The notes beneath the pieces are model-generated. The model saw nothing but the letters and a program-made list of their open reading frames with translations, had not been told where the DNA came from and ran no database searches. The position numbers and the translations under genes were made by a program. A stretch of DNA of 63,951 nt, the filler included, from Octopus bimaculoides (Eukaryota), in assembly GCF_001194135.2 (NCBI RefSeq). It is 5 parts of 4 records of this genome, joined end to end, with 100 filler letters (N's around TTAATTAATTAA, not from the genome) between each part and the next. Parts side by side here need not be neighbours in the genome. Positions count along the whole stretch, not along the records: positions 37,381 to 49,549 come from NC_068984.1; positions 49,650 to 57,525 come from NC_068998.1; 3 more parts are not named here. One strand, given 5' to 3'. Below, piece after piece: positions 39,540-52,801 of this stretch; the first letter of the stretch is position 1; each line of letters begins with the position of its first letter.

Positions 39540-39985
39540 TATTTACACTAGATAGGTAACCTTCAATCCCCTTGACACCAGCACACCTGTTACTGCCCTC
39601 TTTCTTGTTAACTCTCTCTCTCTGACTGGGTAACCATGTACCTCCTTCACAACAAGATACCTGTTTCAGTCTGTCTGTCTATCTATCTCTGTCACACTTT
39701 AACACTATTATCTGACACAAGATCAACTCTCTCAATGCCCTCCCCCCCACTCTCAAAGGTTCCTTGTCCTGCAAAGTTACTTGGTGACCTTGCTAGTGCT
39801 GGCGCCATGTAAAAAAGCACCCAATCCACACTGTAACATGGCTGACATTTGGAAGGACATCCAGCTGTAAAAACTATGCCAAAACAGATGCAGAAGTATG
39901 GTGCAGGATTCTGCCTGGTCAGCTCCTGTCAAACTGTCCAACCCATGCCAACATGGAAGACGGACTTTAGATGATGATGATAATG
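39540..39985 (+). mobile_element. RTE-family 3' UTR and (GAT)n tail
   Basis: Pyrimidine-rich UTR, then gccatgtaaaaaagcacc...ccaacccatgccaacatgga...gatgatgat. Confidence 0.75.
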
Positions 39986-40104
39986 ATATAGGTATGTATA
40001 TGTGCATGTGTGTATTTATATGTGTGTATATATATGTATATATATATATACATACATAATATATATATTATATATATGTATGTATATATGTATGTATGCC
40101 TGTA

Positions 40105-40325
40105 TATGTGAGATAATAGTTTCACTTTTAACACATAATACTGAAATAGTGGAGGAGATATGATATTGCTTTGGGCTTGCAGTAGGCAAGAAGTAAAAAC
40201 GTCTTGTGGCCTATGACACTACATGGACCCTAAGTAAGGCATGTGTAAAATTTGAATGAAATTGGTTGTGTAGTTCTCAAGTTTTAGAGATTCACACAGA
40301 CACACAGACAGACACACGTTCTCAC

Positions 40326-40335
<10 letters not shown>
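40105..40335 (-). mobile_element. Helentron/DINE-1-like element
   Basis: Colinear with 7890-8185. Confidence 0.65.
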
Positions 40336-40368
<33 letters not shown>

Positions 40369-42334
40369 TATATACATATATATAAATTTAAAGAATGGAA
40401 TAAACGCATATTATAACTGCATACTTTTATTCTGACATATGTTTCGAAGAATTACAATTTATGCGATATATGTGTGTNNNNNNNNNNNNNNNNNNNNNNN
40501 NNNNNNNNNNNNNNNNNNNNNNNNNNNNNNNNNNNNNNNNNNNNNNNNNNNNNNNNNNNNNNNNNNNNNNNNNNNNNNNNNNNNNNNNNNNNNNNNNNNN
40601 NNNNNNNNNNNNNNNNNNNNNNNNNNNNNNNNNNNNNNNNNNNNNNNNNNNNNNNNNNNNNNNNNNNNNNNNNNNNNNNNNNNNNNNNNNNNNNNNNNNN
40701 NNNNNNNNNNNNNNNNNNNNNNNNNNNNNNNNNTTTTATCAAAAATATAATTGGCTTAAAGAAAGAAAAGGACATTTGTGCGAAAATGGAAATTAGGCCA
40801 ATGATTAATTTGAAATCTAAAAACACAGAATGCTAAAAATAGTACACAGTCGAATTTAATTTAAATTTACACAAATTACTATTTTGTTAAAAATCAGAAT
40901 TAACAACTGAGGTGCATTTTGTTTTTGTAAAACTTCCCTCAACCCATAAAGACATTCAATTTGCAGAGAATACCTAGTTATTTCTTAATTAAGTGGATTC
41001 ATTTTATTGTTTTACTTGCTGGATTTGATTGCATGAATTTCTAGGATAAATTCAGTTTGAGTGCATATGTGTGCTCAGAAACAAGTTTTGATATCTAAAA
41101 ATAATAATTTCATTGGCATCAGTTGCCATTAGTTTCAATTACTTTCAAAAATGTATTATTTAAAACTTCTTTTTCTTCCCTAAAATAGGAAATATACACA
41201 CATACATACTTACAAGCATACATACATACGTACAGGCATACATATATACATACATGCATCTACATATGTATGTAGCTATCCTGATCTCTCTCTCTTTTCT
41301 CTTTCTCTTTCCCTCCCCCTCTCTCCCTCTCTCTCTATATGTATATATATATATATATAAATATAAATATTTACTATAAATATATGAATATTATGATAAA
41401 TAATTAAAGTGAATTTCAAATTCCAATTAAATTAGAAATATTGCATTTCAATATTTTATAAACAATTTCATGCACAAGAATATGCACTAAAACTAACAGT
41501 ATTTATTCCTGTTTGTTGTTGCTGTTATTACTGTTGTATTAGCTGAGATATTAAGTTTTCCTTTTCTTTCTTATAAAGCAATGCTTCTTGTTGTATAAAT
41601 TTCGTTTAATCATAATATTATTGGTCTTTATACATATTTGCTCCTGAAGGTATGAATTTAAAAATACATCCAAATATGAATTAGAAAAATTTATTTAAAT
41701 TGGATATAGAAAAATGTCTGTTTTATTTTTAAAAAAATCATTACTTTGATATTGCTGTACATCTAGGCCAATGCTTTTGTGGATATTTAAGTTAGTATTG
41801 ACATATTTAAGGTAAGAAGTATCATAAAGCAAACTAGAACAAATGAAGTACTGTGAAGAAATTTAGAAATAAAAAATATTTGCCTTGGATTATATGGGAG
41901 ATAACTTTCGGCATGTTTTGGTTTATCAAACCTCCTCAATGAGGAATGTCAGACTTGTTTCAACTACCAGATAGTTCAGAAGAATATATGGATGGCACAA
42001 GATATATTACTACTTTACTATAAACATGCATGGGTTATGAAGAAATTTGTTAAGGAGCCATGTGTATCTGGATTTAATCTACTTACACAACATATTAAGC
42101 AAATGTTTAACATAGCACCCCTGTTGTACTCTTTCACCTCAACTTTCTCTCACTCTTTCTTCCTGTTTCTTGGTGTCCCGACAGCTGGGGGGAACACATA
42201 CGACATAGAAACTAGGAAACTAGGCCCATGAGCCTGGCTAGGCTTTGAAAAGGCGAGGAAAAAAAATGTACAAGCATGAATAAATATGTGTGTGTGTATG
42301 AATGTGTATAAGTATGTATGTATATATGTGTGTG

Positions 42335-42366
<32 letters not shown>

Positions 42367-42382
42367 TATATATGTGCGATGA

Positions 42383-42520
42383 GTTTCTTTCAGTTTCTGT
42401 CTAGGATTTGGTTGGCCTGAGGCTATAGTAGAAGACACTTGCACAAGGTGCTATGCAGTGGGACTGAACTCAGAACCTTGTGATTGGGAAGCAAGCTTCT
42501 TACCACAGCCACTCCTGTTC
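42383..42520 (-). mobile_element. SINE family A 5' half
   Basis: tttctttcagtttc...ggctatagtagaagacacttgcacaagg...ttaccacagccactcctg. Confidence 0.8.
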
Positions 42521-42999
42521 CTATATATATATATGCCCATATTTACGTACATATACCTCCAGCCAGCTTCTCTGCCAGCTATTTCTGGACAGATTGGTAG
42601 GGGGAAGTAAGATCCTCCTTCAAAGTATCCTATCAGAAACCACTATCATTAAATTTTCTGCCTGCTTTTCCAAGTGCAACTAGCTGAGACTTTGGATATT
42701 ATCTCATTATTGGTCCACCCTTAATCCTCCCGCTACTTGACTTGGCTTGAAGTGTCTATCATGCAATTCTTTCTAACATTTTTATCGCATGTTTCAAGTA
42801 CCGGAGCTGTAACTTTTCAATATGGAGAAACAGCAGCTTGACCTGAAGAGACTCCCTGATCTCTTAGTTGCAAACCCTGTTGAGTAACCTTACTCCAGAG
42901 ACACTTTGGAGTAAGCCCATTTAGGCCATTTGCATTTGTGATTCTACTCTTTCAGCCATTATTTAGCATTCATGATCATAGTGGAGGTGTGTGCCTCAG

Positions 43000-43200
43000 T
43001 ATTAGGGTGTTAGACTCATGATTGTAAGATTGCAGTTTTGATTCCTGGACTAGGTGATGTGATGTGTTCTTGAGCAAAACTTTTTGTTTCATGATGCTCT
43101 AGTCCACACAGCTGGCAAAAGTGAGTAATCCTGTGATGGACCAGCATCCCATCCATGTGGGTAATTCATATGCCATGGAAACCAGCCCTTATCAGTCAGC
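43000..43200 (+). mobile_element. SINE family B variant, degenerate
   Basis: gtgtgtgcctcagtattaggg...ttcttgagcaaaac...ctctagtccac.cagctggcaaaa; reverse complement of 34965-35240. Confidence 0.65.
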
Positions 43201-43337
43201 ATGACTTGAGGTTACTTTTACTTTATTCATAACCATAGGTGAGGATAAACATAGAAACTAAACTGACGATAGTGATCGGAATGAGAATCACAAAAGGTAG
43301 CTTAAATCAATCTTGGCTTATTTTTTATGTCTTGCAA

Positions 43338-43705
43338 GTACTTAGTGACCCTGTCAGTGCAGGTGCCACTTAAAAGCACCCAGTCCACATTGTAAAGTGG
43401 TTGGTATTCAGAAGGGCATCCAGCTGTAAAAACCTTGCCAAAACTCACCTTGCCTGTGCTTGTGTCACAAAAAAAGCACTAACTCTACTTTGCTGAGTGG
43501 TTGGTGTTATGAAGAATGAACATCCAGCAGTGAAAATCCTTCTGAAGCAGTCACAGAAGTCTGGTGCAGGCTCAGCCTGGCAGGCTTGTGTAGTGCCATC
43601 TCACCCATGCTAGCATGGAAGACGGACATTAAACAATGATGATGATGATGATGATGATGATGGTGGTGGTTGTGGTTGTTGTGGTGGTGGTGGTGGTGGT
43701 GGTGG
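43338..43705 (+). mobile_element. RTE-family 3' tail with expanded (GAT)n(GGT)n
   Basis: gccacttaaaagcacc...gaagggcatccagctgta...cccatgctagcatggaagacggacattaaa(gat)n. Confidence 0.8.
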
Positions 43706-44227
43706 AAATTGCAGACATTGGTCATTCCATTTTTGATGTAATAATGCAAACTCCTCCTGAATCACAACTCTTTATGGACTGGTGCTATTCCCAAATTTCT
43801 GCAGTTCTAAATGCATATGAAAGAGCATTTCCACAGAATATGATATCTGTCAATCACTGGAAAATTTTAGTATTAAGAAATAAACCTCATCACTGAAACT
43901 AATAAAATTCACATCAGTTTTACTCTGCAGCAGTTGATTTTGATAATGTGGAATTGTAATATCTGTTCAGATATAGGTGGATACAATTACGCTAGGTAAT
44001 AAAGTATTTGTCCTTGGGTAGCAACTGCCATTTCCTACTTGTTTACCCATAGAAACTATGAAAAATGGCTAATATTTCCTTTAGACTTTGCTTTTGTTAT
44101 ATTTATTCAAAGACCAAAGAATCCCTTGACGATGATGCTCCCCCATGATGGTCATGATCAGAGATGCACATATTGTCAGCCACTAACGAACATGGTCAAG
44201 TGGTTATGGTCAAGCAGCTCTGTCAAG

Positions 44228-44445
44228 CAAATCTGTGGTGTTGAGTGAACAATTTACTATAACAATATTTCTGCTTCAGCAACTCAGCACTAAATCTGTC
44301 TGAAATGTAATGGAAAATAGGTCAGTTTCAAGACATTGATATCCAGGTCACAGAAGGAAAGTCTGAAGGGAATTGTAGTCATTTCTTTTGATTTCTAGAT
44401 AGAAGTAAATAGGAAATAATACTTATTGACCAAAAACAAAATCAA
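44228..44445 (+). repeat. Interspersed repeat; inverted copy at 58040-58310
   Basis: caaatctgtggtgttgag...tttactataacaatatttctgcttc...aggtcagtttca aligns to the reverse complement of 58040-58310. Confidence 0.8.
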
Positions 44446-44639
44446 ATAAAAATTTTGTTACACAATATTATTGAATGGGAAGAGCAGAAAGAGTACTGAT
44501 TTGGGAACATGAGAAAATTGAAAATAGATAGGATAATAAATTACAAGTGTCTAATTCTTCAGCTCAATGTCTTATTACACTTCTATGTCATAAATTTTGC
44601 TACCTTCCTGAAAGCAAATTATATCAAAATAAAAGTTTA

Positions 44640-44820
44640 CAGGATGCAGGCATGGCTGTGTGGTAAGAAGTTTGTTTCTCAACCACATGTTTCTGAGTTC
44701 AGTCTCACTGTGTGGCACCTGGGGCAAGTGTTTTCTACCACAGCCATGGTCCCACCAAGTTTTTATCAGTGGATCAGATAGACAGAAACTGAAAGAAGAC
44801 TTGTATATAAATACATGTGC

Positions 44821-44856
<36 letters not shown>

Positions 44857-44995
44857 GTGTGCGTGCGTGCATGTAAGTGGGGGTGGTGCGTTTTTGTGTT
44901 ATGTCTGTCTCGCACTGCTTGACAACAAGTGTTGGTTTGTTTACATCCCTGTAACTTAGCAGTTCAGCAAAATTACTAGAATAAGCACTAGAATT
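44640..44995 (+). mobile_element. SINE family A
   Basis: caggcatggctgtgtggtaagaag...gagttcagtctcactg...gaaactgaaagaag...cttgacaac...gtaacttagcagttc. Confidence 0.8.
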
Positions 44996-45464
44996 TAAAA
45001 CATAAGTATTTAGAATGCTTTGTTCAACAAAAGTCCTTCAAGCATGGTCGAGTTTGGACGAAAAAATAACAAATAAAATGTAAAGATTTAAATAATGTAA
45101 AAGAATGATACATTTCATAAGCATTTCAAAACATTCTATTTTTTCAGATTTCACAATTCAATAAATGAAGTTAATAAAATTCTAAAGCATAATTTTATTC
45201 ACTGCTATTTTGGATAGAGTTGATGAGCAAAAGTATTTTTGAAATATTCTGTGTGTTCATTTGAAAAATTAGTGTCATGTCAGACCATAAATAATCTACT
45301 CTATGGTTTCATTCTGGTGTTAGTGGAATTGGCTCAGTCAACAACCTGTAACAATGTACTATGAATGAGTATAGTACATTGTTGAAAGAAACTGGAACGC
45401 TGCTTAAGTGGTGATCAATGAGTGTTTTGTTAATATGTTAGATTCCACATCACCTTGTCTCGGT

Positions 45465-45470
45465 CAAATG

Positions 45471-45504
<34 letters not shown>

Positions 45505-46160
45505 AATGATGATGAGCATCGTCATTATCGTCATTGTTGTTGTTGTCATCATTATCATCATCATCATAGTTCATTGTCATTGACAACATCTTCGTCATCA
45601 TTGTCAGCGTCATGATCATGATGATCATCTTCATCTTCATCATCATCGTCGTCATCGTCAGCATCATCATCATCATCATTTAATATCTCATCTTCTATGC
45701 AGGATAGTTTGACAGTACCCAATGATTTGGAGACTGCATCCTGCACCAACGTCTGTTATTTTGGCATGGGTTCTATAGTTGCATGTCCTTTCTAATGCCA
45801 ACCACTTTACAGAACACATTGAATACTCTTTCCATGGCACCAGTACTTGTAGGGTTGTCATGTAATGCATAAGACTACAACATTAAAATATCCTTTTGAC
45901 TGAATAAGAGTAAACCAATAAAAAAAATGGCTTTATACTGAAAAGCTGGAATACAATATAAGGGACAGGAACAGGTTTCTTTCCCTAGAAAATATATATG
46001 ACTATGGATTTCTTGTATTCTATAAGGACAGGAAGGAGAAACTGTAATGGAACTAAGGAGATAGATGGAGATGGTGGTGATGATGTGTGCCTTCAAGGTC
46101 AAGAAGGTGAATAGAACAAAGAGGGCATAGAAGATCAAGATAGGGGTCGGCCGATATTAC
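45465..46160 (-). mobile_element. RTE-family 3' UTR/tail with large (GAT)n/(CAT)n expansion
   Basis: catcatcatttaatatc...ttccatggcaccagtac, followed by the purine-rich UTR. Confidence 0.6.
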
Positions 46161-46510
46161 AAGAGTGTGTTGCTTGGTACCTTGCGGTATTCAAGAAGAC
46201 CTGTACTCCACAGTGGAAGTGTTAAGGTTGGACCCCTGGTGAAGGGGATTGGCCTGCAATAGTTCTGTACCAGTGCCACATAAAAAGCATTCATGCCGGT
46301 GCAAAGTAAAATTACACACGCAGTGCTATGTAAAAACATCCAGCACACTCAGTGAAGTGGTTGGTATTAGGAAAGGGTTCCAGCTGTAGAAGCAATGCCA
46401 AATCAGACTGGCGCCAGGTGTAGCTCTCCAGTTTGCCAGTTCTGGTCACACCATCCAACCCACGCAAGGCTGGACAACAGATGTTAAATGATGATAATGA
46501 TGAGGATGTT
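46160..46510 (+). mobile_element. RTE-family 3' tail
   Basis: gtgccacataaaaagc...ggttggtattaggaaagg...ccaacccacgc...gttaaatgatgataatgat. Confidence 0.75.
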
Positions 46511-47164
46511 GATGAAGCAGGGAGATTGAGAGTTAGTTAAAGACAGAATGTGGTAGGGGTGAATGTAGTGAACAGTGTACAAAGGTAGAAGGTTGGTCAA
46601 TGGTAAATGAGAGTCAGAAGCAAGGTAGGAGAGAGGAAGTGATGACTGGCAGCATAGACAGTGTGAAGAGCTGCAAAGAAAACAAAATAGTATTACAGTA
46701 GAAAGAGGGAGAATGAGAAGAGAAAGAGAGATGATCAATGGGTGGGTGGGTGACTGGTAGGTTGGTAGGTAGGTAGGTTGGTTGCAAATTTAATAATAAA
46801 AATAGTAACAGCGAAAATCCATTTCTTTCAAAAATATCAAATTTTGAAGCAGATTTAGACTTAAAACTATTAGAAAATCACGTAACCACTACAAATAATT
46901 TTTCAGTAATTTTAATTTGCTTGTTGGCAAATTTTGTGATTCAAACAAACTGAATGAAAAAGAAAAAAGTAATAAATAAAATAGTAATAATTCAAGGGTA
47001 AAAAATAAATACCAAAATTATTTGCTTTGATCTTTAAATTCGAAAAGTGTTAAGATAAATCTATTAAATTCTGTAATGATACCACTTGGAAAATTTAAAG
47101 TAGGTTTTTCTAGAACCAAACACTAATAATAACACTTTCTTATTTATCTAGAATAATGATTTAT

Positions 47165-47183
47165 AGCAATAATGTTGATGATG

Positions 47184-47217
<34 letters not shown>

Positions 47218-47310
47218 TGATGATGATGATGATGATGATAAAAGTTGTTGCTGCTGCTACTGCTGTTATTATTATTATTATTATTATTATTATCATTATT
47301 ATTATTAGTA
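47165..47310. repeat. Compound trinucleotide microsatellite (AAT)n(GAT)n...(ATT)n
   Basis: Read directly from the sequence. Confidence 0.95.
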
Positions 47311-47527
47311 GTAGTAAAACTTCTAAAAATGATTATGTCTTACAATGCAAGAAAAATAATTTTTATTTGTTATCACCCCAGGTCAAATAAGAGAGAAGAC
47401 ATGAAGTATCAAAACGTAAAATAATTATAATACATTTGTGTCTGTGTATGTGTGTGTGTGTGTGTATGCATATGCATATATATACTTACACACAGATGCA
47501 CACACATAGAATCACACACACACACTC

Positions 47528-47561
<34 letters not shown>

Positions 47562-47584
47562 GTCTTGTAATTAACTATCAATGG

Positions 47585-49290
47585 TTATCATCATTATTCA
47601 GCATCCACATTCCATTCTTCAATAAGTGGATGTTTTTACAGGATCTGAGAGGTCGAAAGACTGCATCATGTTCTAATGCCTGCTTTTGGTTGGTTTGTGT
47701 GGTTGCATCCCAAACACTTTACTGCATATTCTTGGTGCTTTCTTTATGATACTTGCATTGATGGGATTATTTGCTGCCCACAAAACTGAAATCCACTACA
47801 ACTGAGTGCCACTACAGAAGAGAGGGAAGTGGCTCTATGCTATAAGATAATGGGTTAAAGTATAAGAGAAGGTACCAGGATAGAATGTTTCTGGCTGTAG
47901 AGGAACAACATGGTTATATATATTACAGAAGATAGGACGTGAATGGCTAGGGAAGAGATGGTTAGAAAAGTAGTAATGATGAGACGTAAGTATGGTGTTG
48001 GAGGAGAGATATGTTGGTGAGTCAAGGGTTGTTCAAGGTAAAATTTGGTTTGTGGGGACAATATTATGAATGTTAAATGGACAAGTGAAAAATTCTGGGA
48101 TTATGAAGGATAAATGGTATCAGAGAAAAGTTGGTGAAGTATGCAGTTCAGCTTACCTTTAATTGCAGAAGAATAATGCAGTTAGAGGGATGATGGGCTG
48201 CAGGAATGTCTTGCGAAGAAAACCAAGCAAGGGGTCCAGTTGGACACATCATGTCTCTGTGATCTCAGTTTTGCTGAGATGGTGAGGTCTTTTCAAGGAT
48301 TGCTTATGGCCAATTAAACTGGTCTTTTGTCATCTCTTTGTGAGGTTCATGGTCTTGAGATCAGCCTTCACCAATTTGTCCATGTCTTCTTGCTTCCCTC
48401 TCTTCCACACGCTTCTTTTATAAAATGATCTCTATACAACTGTCCTCATCCATACATACCTCATATACATACCAGCTTGGTCTCTATCTAGTACACTAAT
48501 CTGATTCCACTTTTTGCTCAGAGTTTTTCTCACTACATTTGTACAATCTCATTGATGCATGCTTAAATTGCACATTCAACAGAGCATGCTATCTTCATTT
48601 CTTTCCAGTCTTAAGTCTTCTGCATCCAAGACTCATGTATCACTACCATGTAGCATTGCATGCTAGTGCAACATTGTGCTAACACAAACATCACCCAATC
48701 TGCTCTTTATCTCAGGGAGAAGGCCTTTGTTGCCAGCAGTAGTATAAGCTCCTTTAACTTTATCCAACTCATTCTTAACCTGGCTGCTATATTTTGGTGC
48801 ACTTACCTCCTCTGCAAACTACATCTTCACGGTAACAAAAGCTGTCGACTACTTCTAGTGAATCATCTAGGAACTTAAGAGAATCTATTTATCATATGTT
48901 CATGGTATATATTACATCAATGCATCTGTTACATATGAGGCTAACATTCTCTCTTAGTCTGCCTGTGATTCCACAAAATCCCTTGTGTCTCCATAGCTTG
49001 CAATGGGCACAGCATACCTACTCCTTATCTGCATATCGAACAAGGCCATTTCTTTGAGGATACCAGGGTCCTGTCTACATTTCTATTTATTAAAACCATC
49101 CTCTACCCTAAGTTTACTTTAATGGCTCTTGATTCTCAATTTAAATTTCAAGCCTGGAATTTTTTTTCTAATTCTCTTATGCCGTTTCTCTCAAGAGGCA
49201 ATGAAATCCTCCGTGCCATCTCCATCACTTCAGTGTTCTGGAATGGAGGAATTGGTTGCCACTTGGCAGAAACGGCTGTAAGGAACTTGC
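47585..49290 (-). mobile_element. RTE-clade LINE 3' portion, decayed
   Basis: The minus strand near 48340-48480 resembles WYGHV.RMDEDS....VEG...GRP.KTW. The purine-rich UTR and (CAT) tail match the 15675 copy. Confidence 0.7.
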
Positions 49291-49507
49291 GCCTACAGAC
49301 AATCTGATCTTTTGCTCTTTACTGTAATACCAGTACATGTGTGTGTAACACATGGTTATTATATATGTACGTATTCTTTGGAATAAATAGACATACTAGA
49401 ATATCTACCGGCTGATGTATGTCTTTTTTGTATCCTCTCCATTTTCTTATTTGCCATATACATACATACATACAAACATATATATGTATATATATATAAG
49501 CACACAC

Positions 49508-49549
<42 letters not shown>

Positions 49550-49677
49550 NNNNNNNNNNNNNNNNNNNNNNNNNNNNNNNNNNNNNNNNNNNNTTAATTA
49601 ATTAANNNNNNNNNNNNNNNNNNNNNNNNNNNNNNNNNNNNNNNNNNNNCACACACACATATACACACACACACATA

Positions 49678-49713
<36 letters not shown>

Positions 49714-49719
49714 TATATG

Positions 49720-49870
49720 ACAGGCTTCTTTCAGTTTCCCTCTACCAAATCCACTAATAAGGTTTTGGTTGGCTTGAGGCTTTAGTACAAGACTCTTCCC
49801 CAAAGTGCCATGCAGTGGGACTGAACCCGGAACCTTGAGGTTGGAGAGCTAGCTTCTTACCACACAACCG
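49720..49870 (-). mobile_element. SINE family A 5' half
   Basis: caggcttctttcagtttcc.tctaccaaatccac...gcagtgggactgaacccggaacc. Confidence 0.8.
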
Positions 49871-49967
49871 TGTTTATTTTTTTCTTTTCTACAGATTTTG
49901 GTACTCAGAATTATAATAGTGCTGCTCCATAAGTATTGAGTTCTTTGTTTCATTTGTTTATTTGCAG

Positions 49968-50092
49968 CCTATCTTTTTGAATGAAGTGATGTTGAAGACA
50001 GGGACAGATGGAGAATACGACACACCATGTCACTTTCAGTTATGCCACATCAACCAAACTTACAATTTGAAAGCAGGAAATGCCAACGACAG
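49968..50092 (+). CDS. ITSN: Intersectin (long isoform) exon, PH domain: PIFLNEVMLKTGTDGEYDTPCHFQLCHINQTYNLKAGNAND + AG
   Basis: Acceptor catttgtttatttgcag, donor CAG|gtaaaa. 125 nt, only one open frame (phase 0 to 2). Matches recalled human ITSN1 [41 protein letters not shown]. Confidence 0.9.
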
Positions 50093-50167
50093 GTAAAAAC
50101 TGGTTTTATTTCACAACACTGATAACAGTAAGGAGAACAAATATGGTGACGATGACAACAACAACAA

Positions 50168-50250
50168 AACCCATTTTACCCCATTGTCTACAATTATAGT
50201 CTTTATATACATTAACCCACTTTACCCCATTGTCTACAATTATAGTCTTT
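50168..50250. repeat. ~46-bp tandem duplication
   Basis: aaccca(t/c)tttaccccattgtctacaattatagtcttt occurs twice. Confidence 0.9.
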
Positions 50251-50334
50251 GCATATTATTTACCATAGAACAGATGATTGTCAACCGACAGGTTTAAACT
50301 GTGCGTTACACACATACATAGGGGCTGTTCAACT

Positions 50335-51140
50335 GAAACCCTTGTAATTATAACTGACAGGGTGTCACTAGGAATAGAAGTGAAATCTCCCTGAAAATCA
50401 CAGCCATGCATCTTTCAAAGGAAAGGGTATGCACAGTTTATAGCTCTGCGTTATTCTATGACTGAAATTAGGATGGATGGTCATAGGTGGAATGCCTACA
50501 ACACCAACAACAATGCATGCAACAGCATCAATGACAACAATAAGAACATTGATGTGGTTGTTGTTGTTGTTGTTGTTGTTGTTAGTGGCTGCTTGACCTG
50601 CTAGAAATAGTTGTTAAATCTCCCTGAAAAACCACCCCCCAAGCATTTTTAAAAGACAAGGGTTCATACAGCTTGTAGAACTTCAGTTTTATTCTATGAC
50701 TGAAGTTAAGATGGCTGGAATGCCTTTGATCATGACTTCGGCTCAATTAGGACTGATCTGGGATGAGTGATGTTACAACCACTACCACCACCACCACCAC
50801 CACTACCACCACCACCACCACCACTACCAACACTATCACTACCACAACCAACAATAGCAATAACAAATACAACTACAAACCTGCTACAATAACGACTACA
50901 ACCACTACACCACTACCTCAGCACTAATGAGGAACCATCTCTGTGGTTGTTTGATCTTGCTATAAGTAGCAGCCAAATTATCATTGGATCACGTTTGGTA
51001 GTCTTAAAAATGGGAGGAATGCACATTGGATAACGTAGTCTAGATAGGTCCATAAATAGACAGGACAGTTGTGGCCGGAATGTCTTTGACCATGTGTCTG
51101 CTCAATCAGTGTTGACCTGGAGCTATAGAACAGCAACAAC
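50335..51140 (+). repeat. Three degenerate tandem copies of a ~190-bp interspersed repeat separated by (CAA)/(ACC) runs
   Basis: ctagaaatag...aaatctccctgaaaa...ggctggaatgcctttgatcat motifs; related copies at ~8870-9060, ~12400-12570 and ~34730-34930. Confidence 0.7.
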
Positions 51141-51251
51141 AACTACTACAAAGATGGTTTTGGCATCACATAATTCTTTAAGTGCCAATTTAACTTACTG
51201 CCAGAAGCAATTATATGTGTGTGTGTTTATATGTATGTCTGCCTGCATACG

Positions 51252-51291
<40 letters not shown>

Positions 51292-51556
51292 NNNNNNNNN
51301 NNNNNNNNNNNNNNNNNNNNNNNNNNNNNNNNNNNNNNNNNNNNNNNNNNNNNNNNNNNNNNNNNNNNNNNNNNNNNNNNNNNNNNNNNNNNNNNNNNNN
51401 NNNNNNNNNNNNNNNNNNNNNNNNNNNNNNNNNNNNNNNNNNNNNNNNNNNNNNNNNNNNNNTATATAAATATATACATACATACATACATATACACAAT
51501 AGATATATAACAGATATCCCTTTATTATTATTATCATCATTGTTGTTGTTAAGTGA

Positions 51557-51588
<32 letters not shown>

Positions 51589-52112
51589 TGGTTTGTATGT
51601 GTGAATGTAAATATATGCACATGCACTCACATATGTATAACTATGATATCCCTTCATCATCATCATTCTTTTTGTTACTGTTGTTGTTATGTAATCAATG
51701 TGATATAAAAATTGTAAAGTGAGTGGAATGGCAAAATTATTAAATAAGTATTTTTGTTTTGTACATCTGAAGTTCAAATTGTTGAGATCGACTTAGCACA
51801 TGACTTTTCTGGGTTTGATAAAAGCAGTCACATGCTGAGAACACTTATGATATATCTGTCCTTGTTTATCACAAGCGTGTGGTCAGCTCCCCACCACCAC
51901 CACCACCACCCTACTGCCCAAAGAAAAATTACGGTGTTGAATGAATAATAGAACATATGGGAAAAATAGGTTTCCCTCTGAGACCCCAAATTGTTCCCCT
52001 AACTTACCCAAGCAACATCTCCAAACATACATCATGATGATATTGTTTCATGTTTGGAATAATATTTAGAGAAAGATTTAATAGCATATAAAAAAAAAAA
52101 AACCCAAAAAAC

Positions 52113-52418
52113 TGGCACTCCGTCAGTTACAATGACAAAGGTTCCAGTTGATCCGATCAACAGAACAGCTTGCTTGTAAAATTAACATGCAAGTGGCTGA
52201 GTACTCCACAGACAAGTGTGCCCTTCTCAGAGAGATTCAGCATGACATAGAGTGTAACAAGGCTGGTCCTTTGAATTACAGGTGCTACTCATTTTTGCGA
52301 GCTTAGTGGACTGGAGTAACATGAAATAAAGTGTCTTGCTCAAAGACCAAAACACGTTGCTGGGAATTGAACTCATGACTTTATGATCGTGAGCAGAATA
52401 CCCTAACCACTAAGCCAT
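52113..52418 (-). mobile_element. SINE family B variant
   Basis: ctggcactccgtc...ggttccagttgatccgatcaac...aaagtgtcttgctc...ccctaaccactaagcca. Confidence 0.85.
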
Positions 52419-52801
52419 ATAATAACATACAAGCAGTAAATAACAAAGAAAAAAAATAATTGGAAAATATCATAAGAAGCAGAATCATGGTTGGCCACAC
52501 ACGGTCATAGCAGATGAGGAAATATCTCATGGAGATGCGGACTGACTATAAAACTGCCCAGAAGGTTGCCTGGGACAAGCCAAGCAGGTACTGACAAACG
52601 GTGGATGCAGTGACATGCTGCAATGGTGCATATCCCAAACCTGTCCCGGCCTCCAGATTGAGGATATCCTGGAGGTCTTTCATCAGGGTCATGGGCACCG
52701 CTTTTGTCTCAGGAGAGATGTTATAATACTCTAGGGTCCTCTTGGCACTGCCTGTGTTTTTTGCATCATAAATAGCCTTCCATTTTCCTTGTTGTTTGCA
52801 G

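Noticed and set aside
42557-42640. Minus-strand ...SWLE|gt segment considered as the Par-3 'KWLE' pre-PDZ1 exon
   Set aside because: In-frame TGA 21 codons upstream, no good acceptor, and no other Par-3 similarity.
43931-43995. + strand exon-like segment beginning QL..., considered as an upstream intersectin exon (human QLVFNSVTNCLGPRK)
   Set aside because: The translation QLILIMWNCNICSDIGGYNYA does not match beyond two residues.
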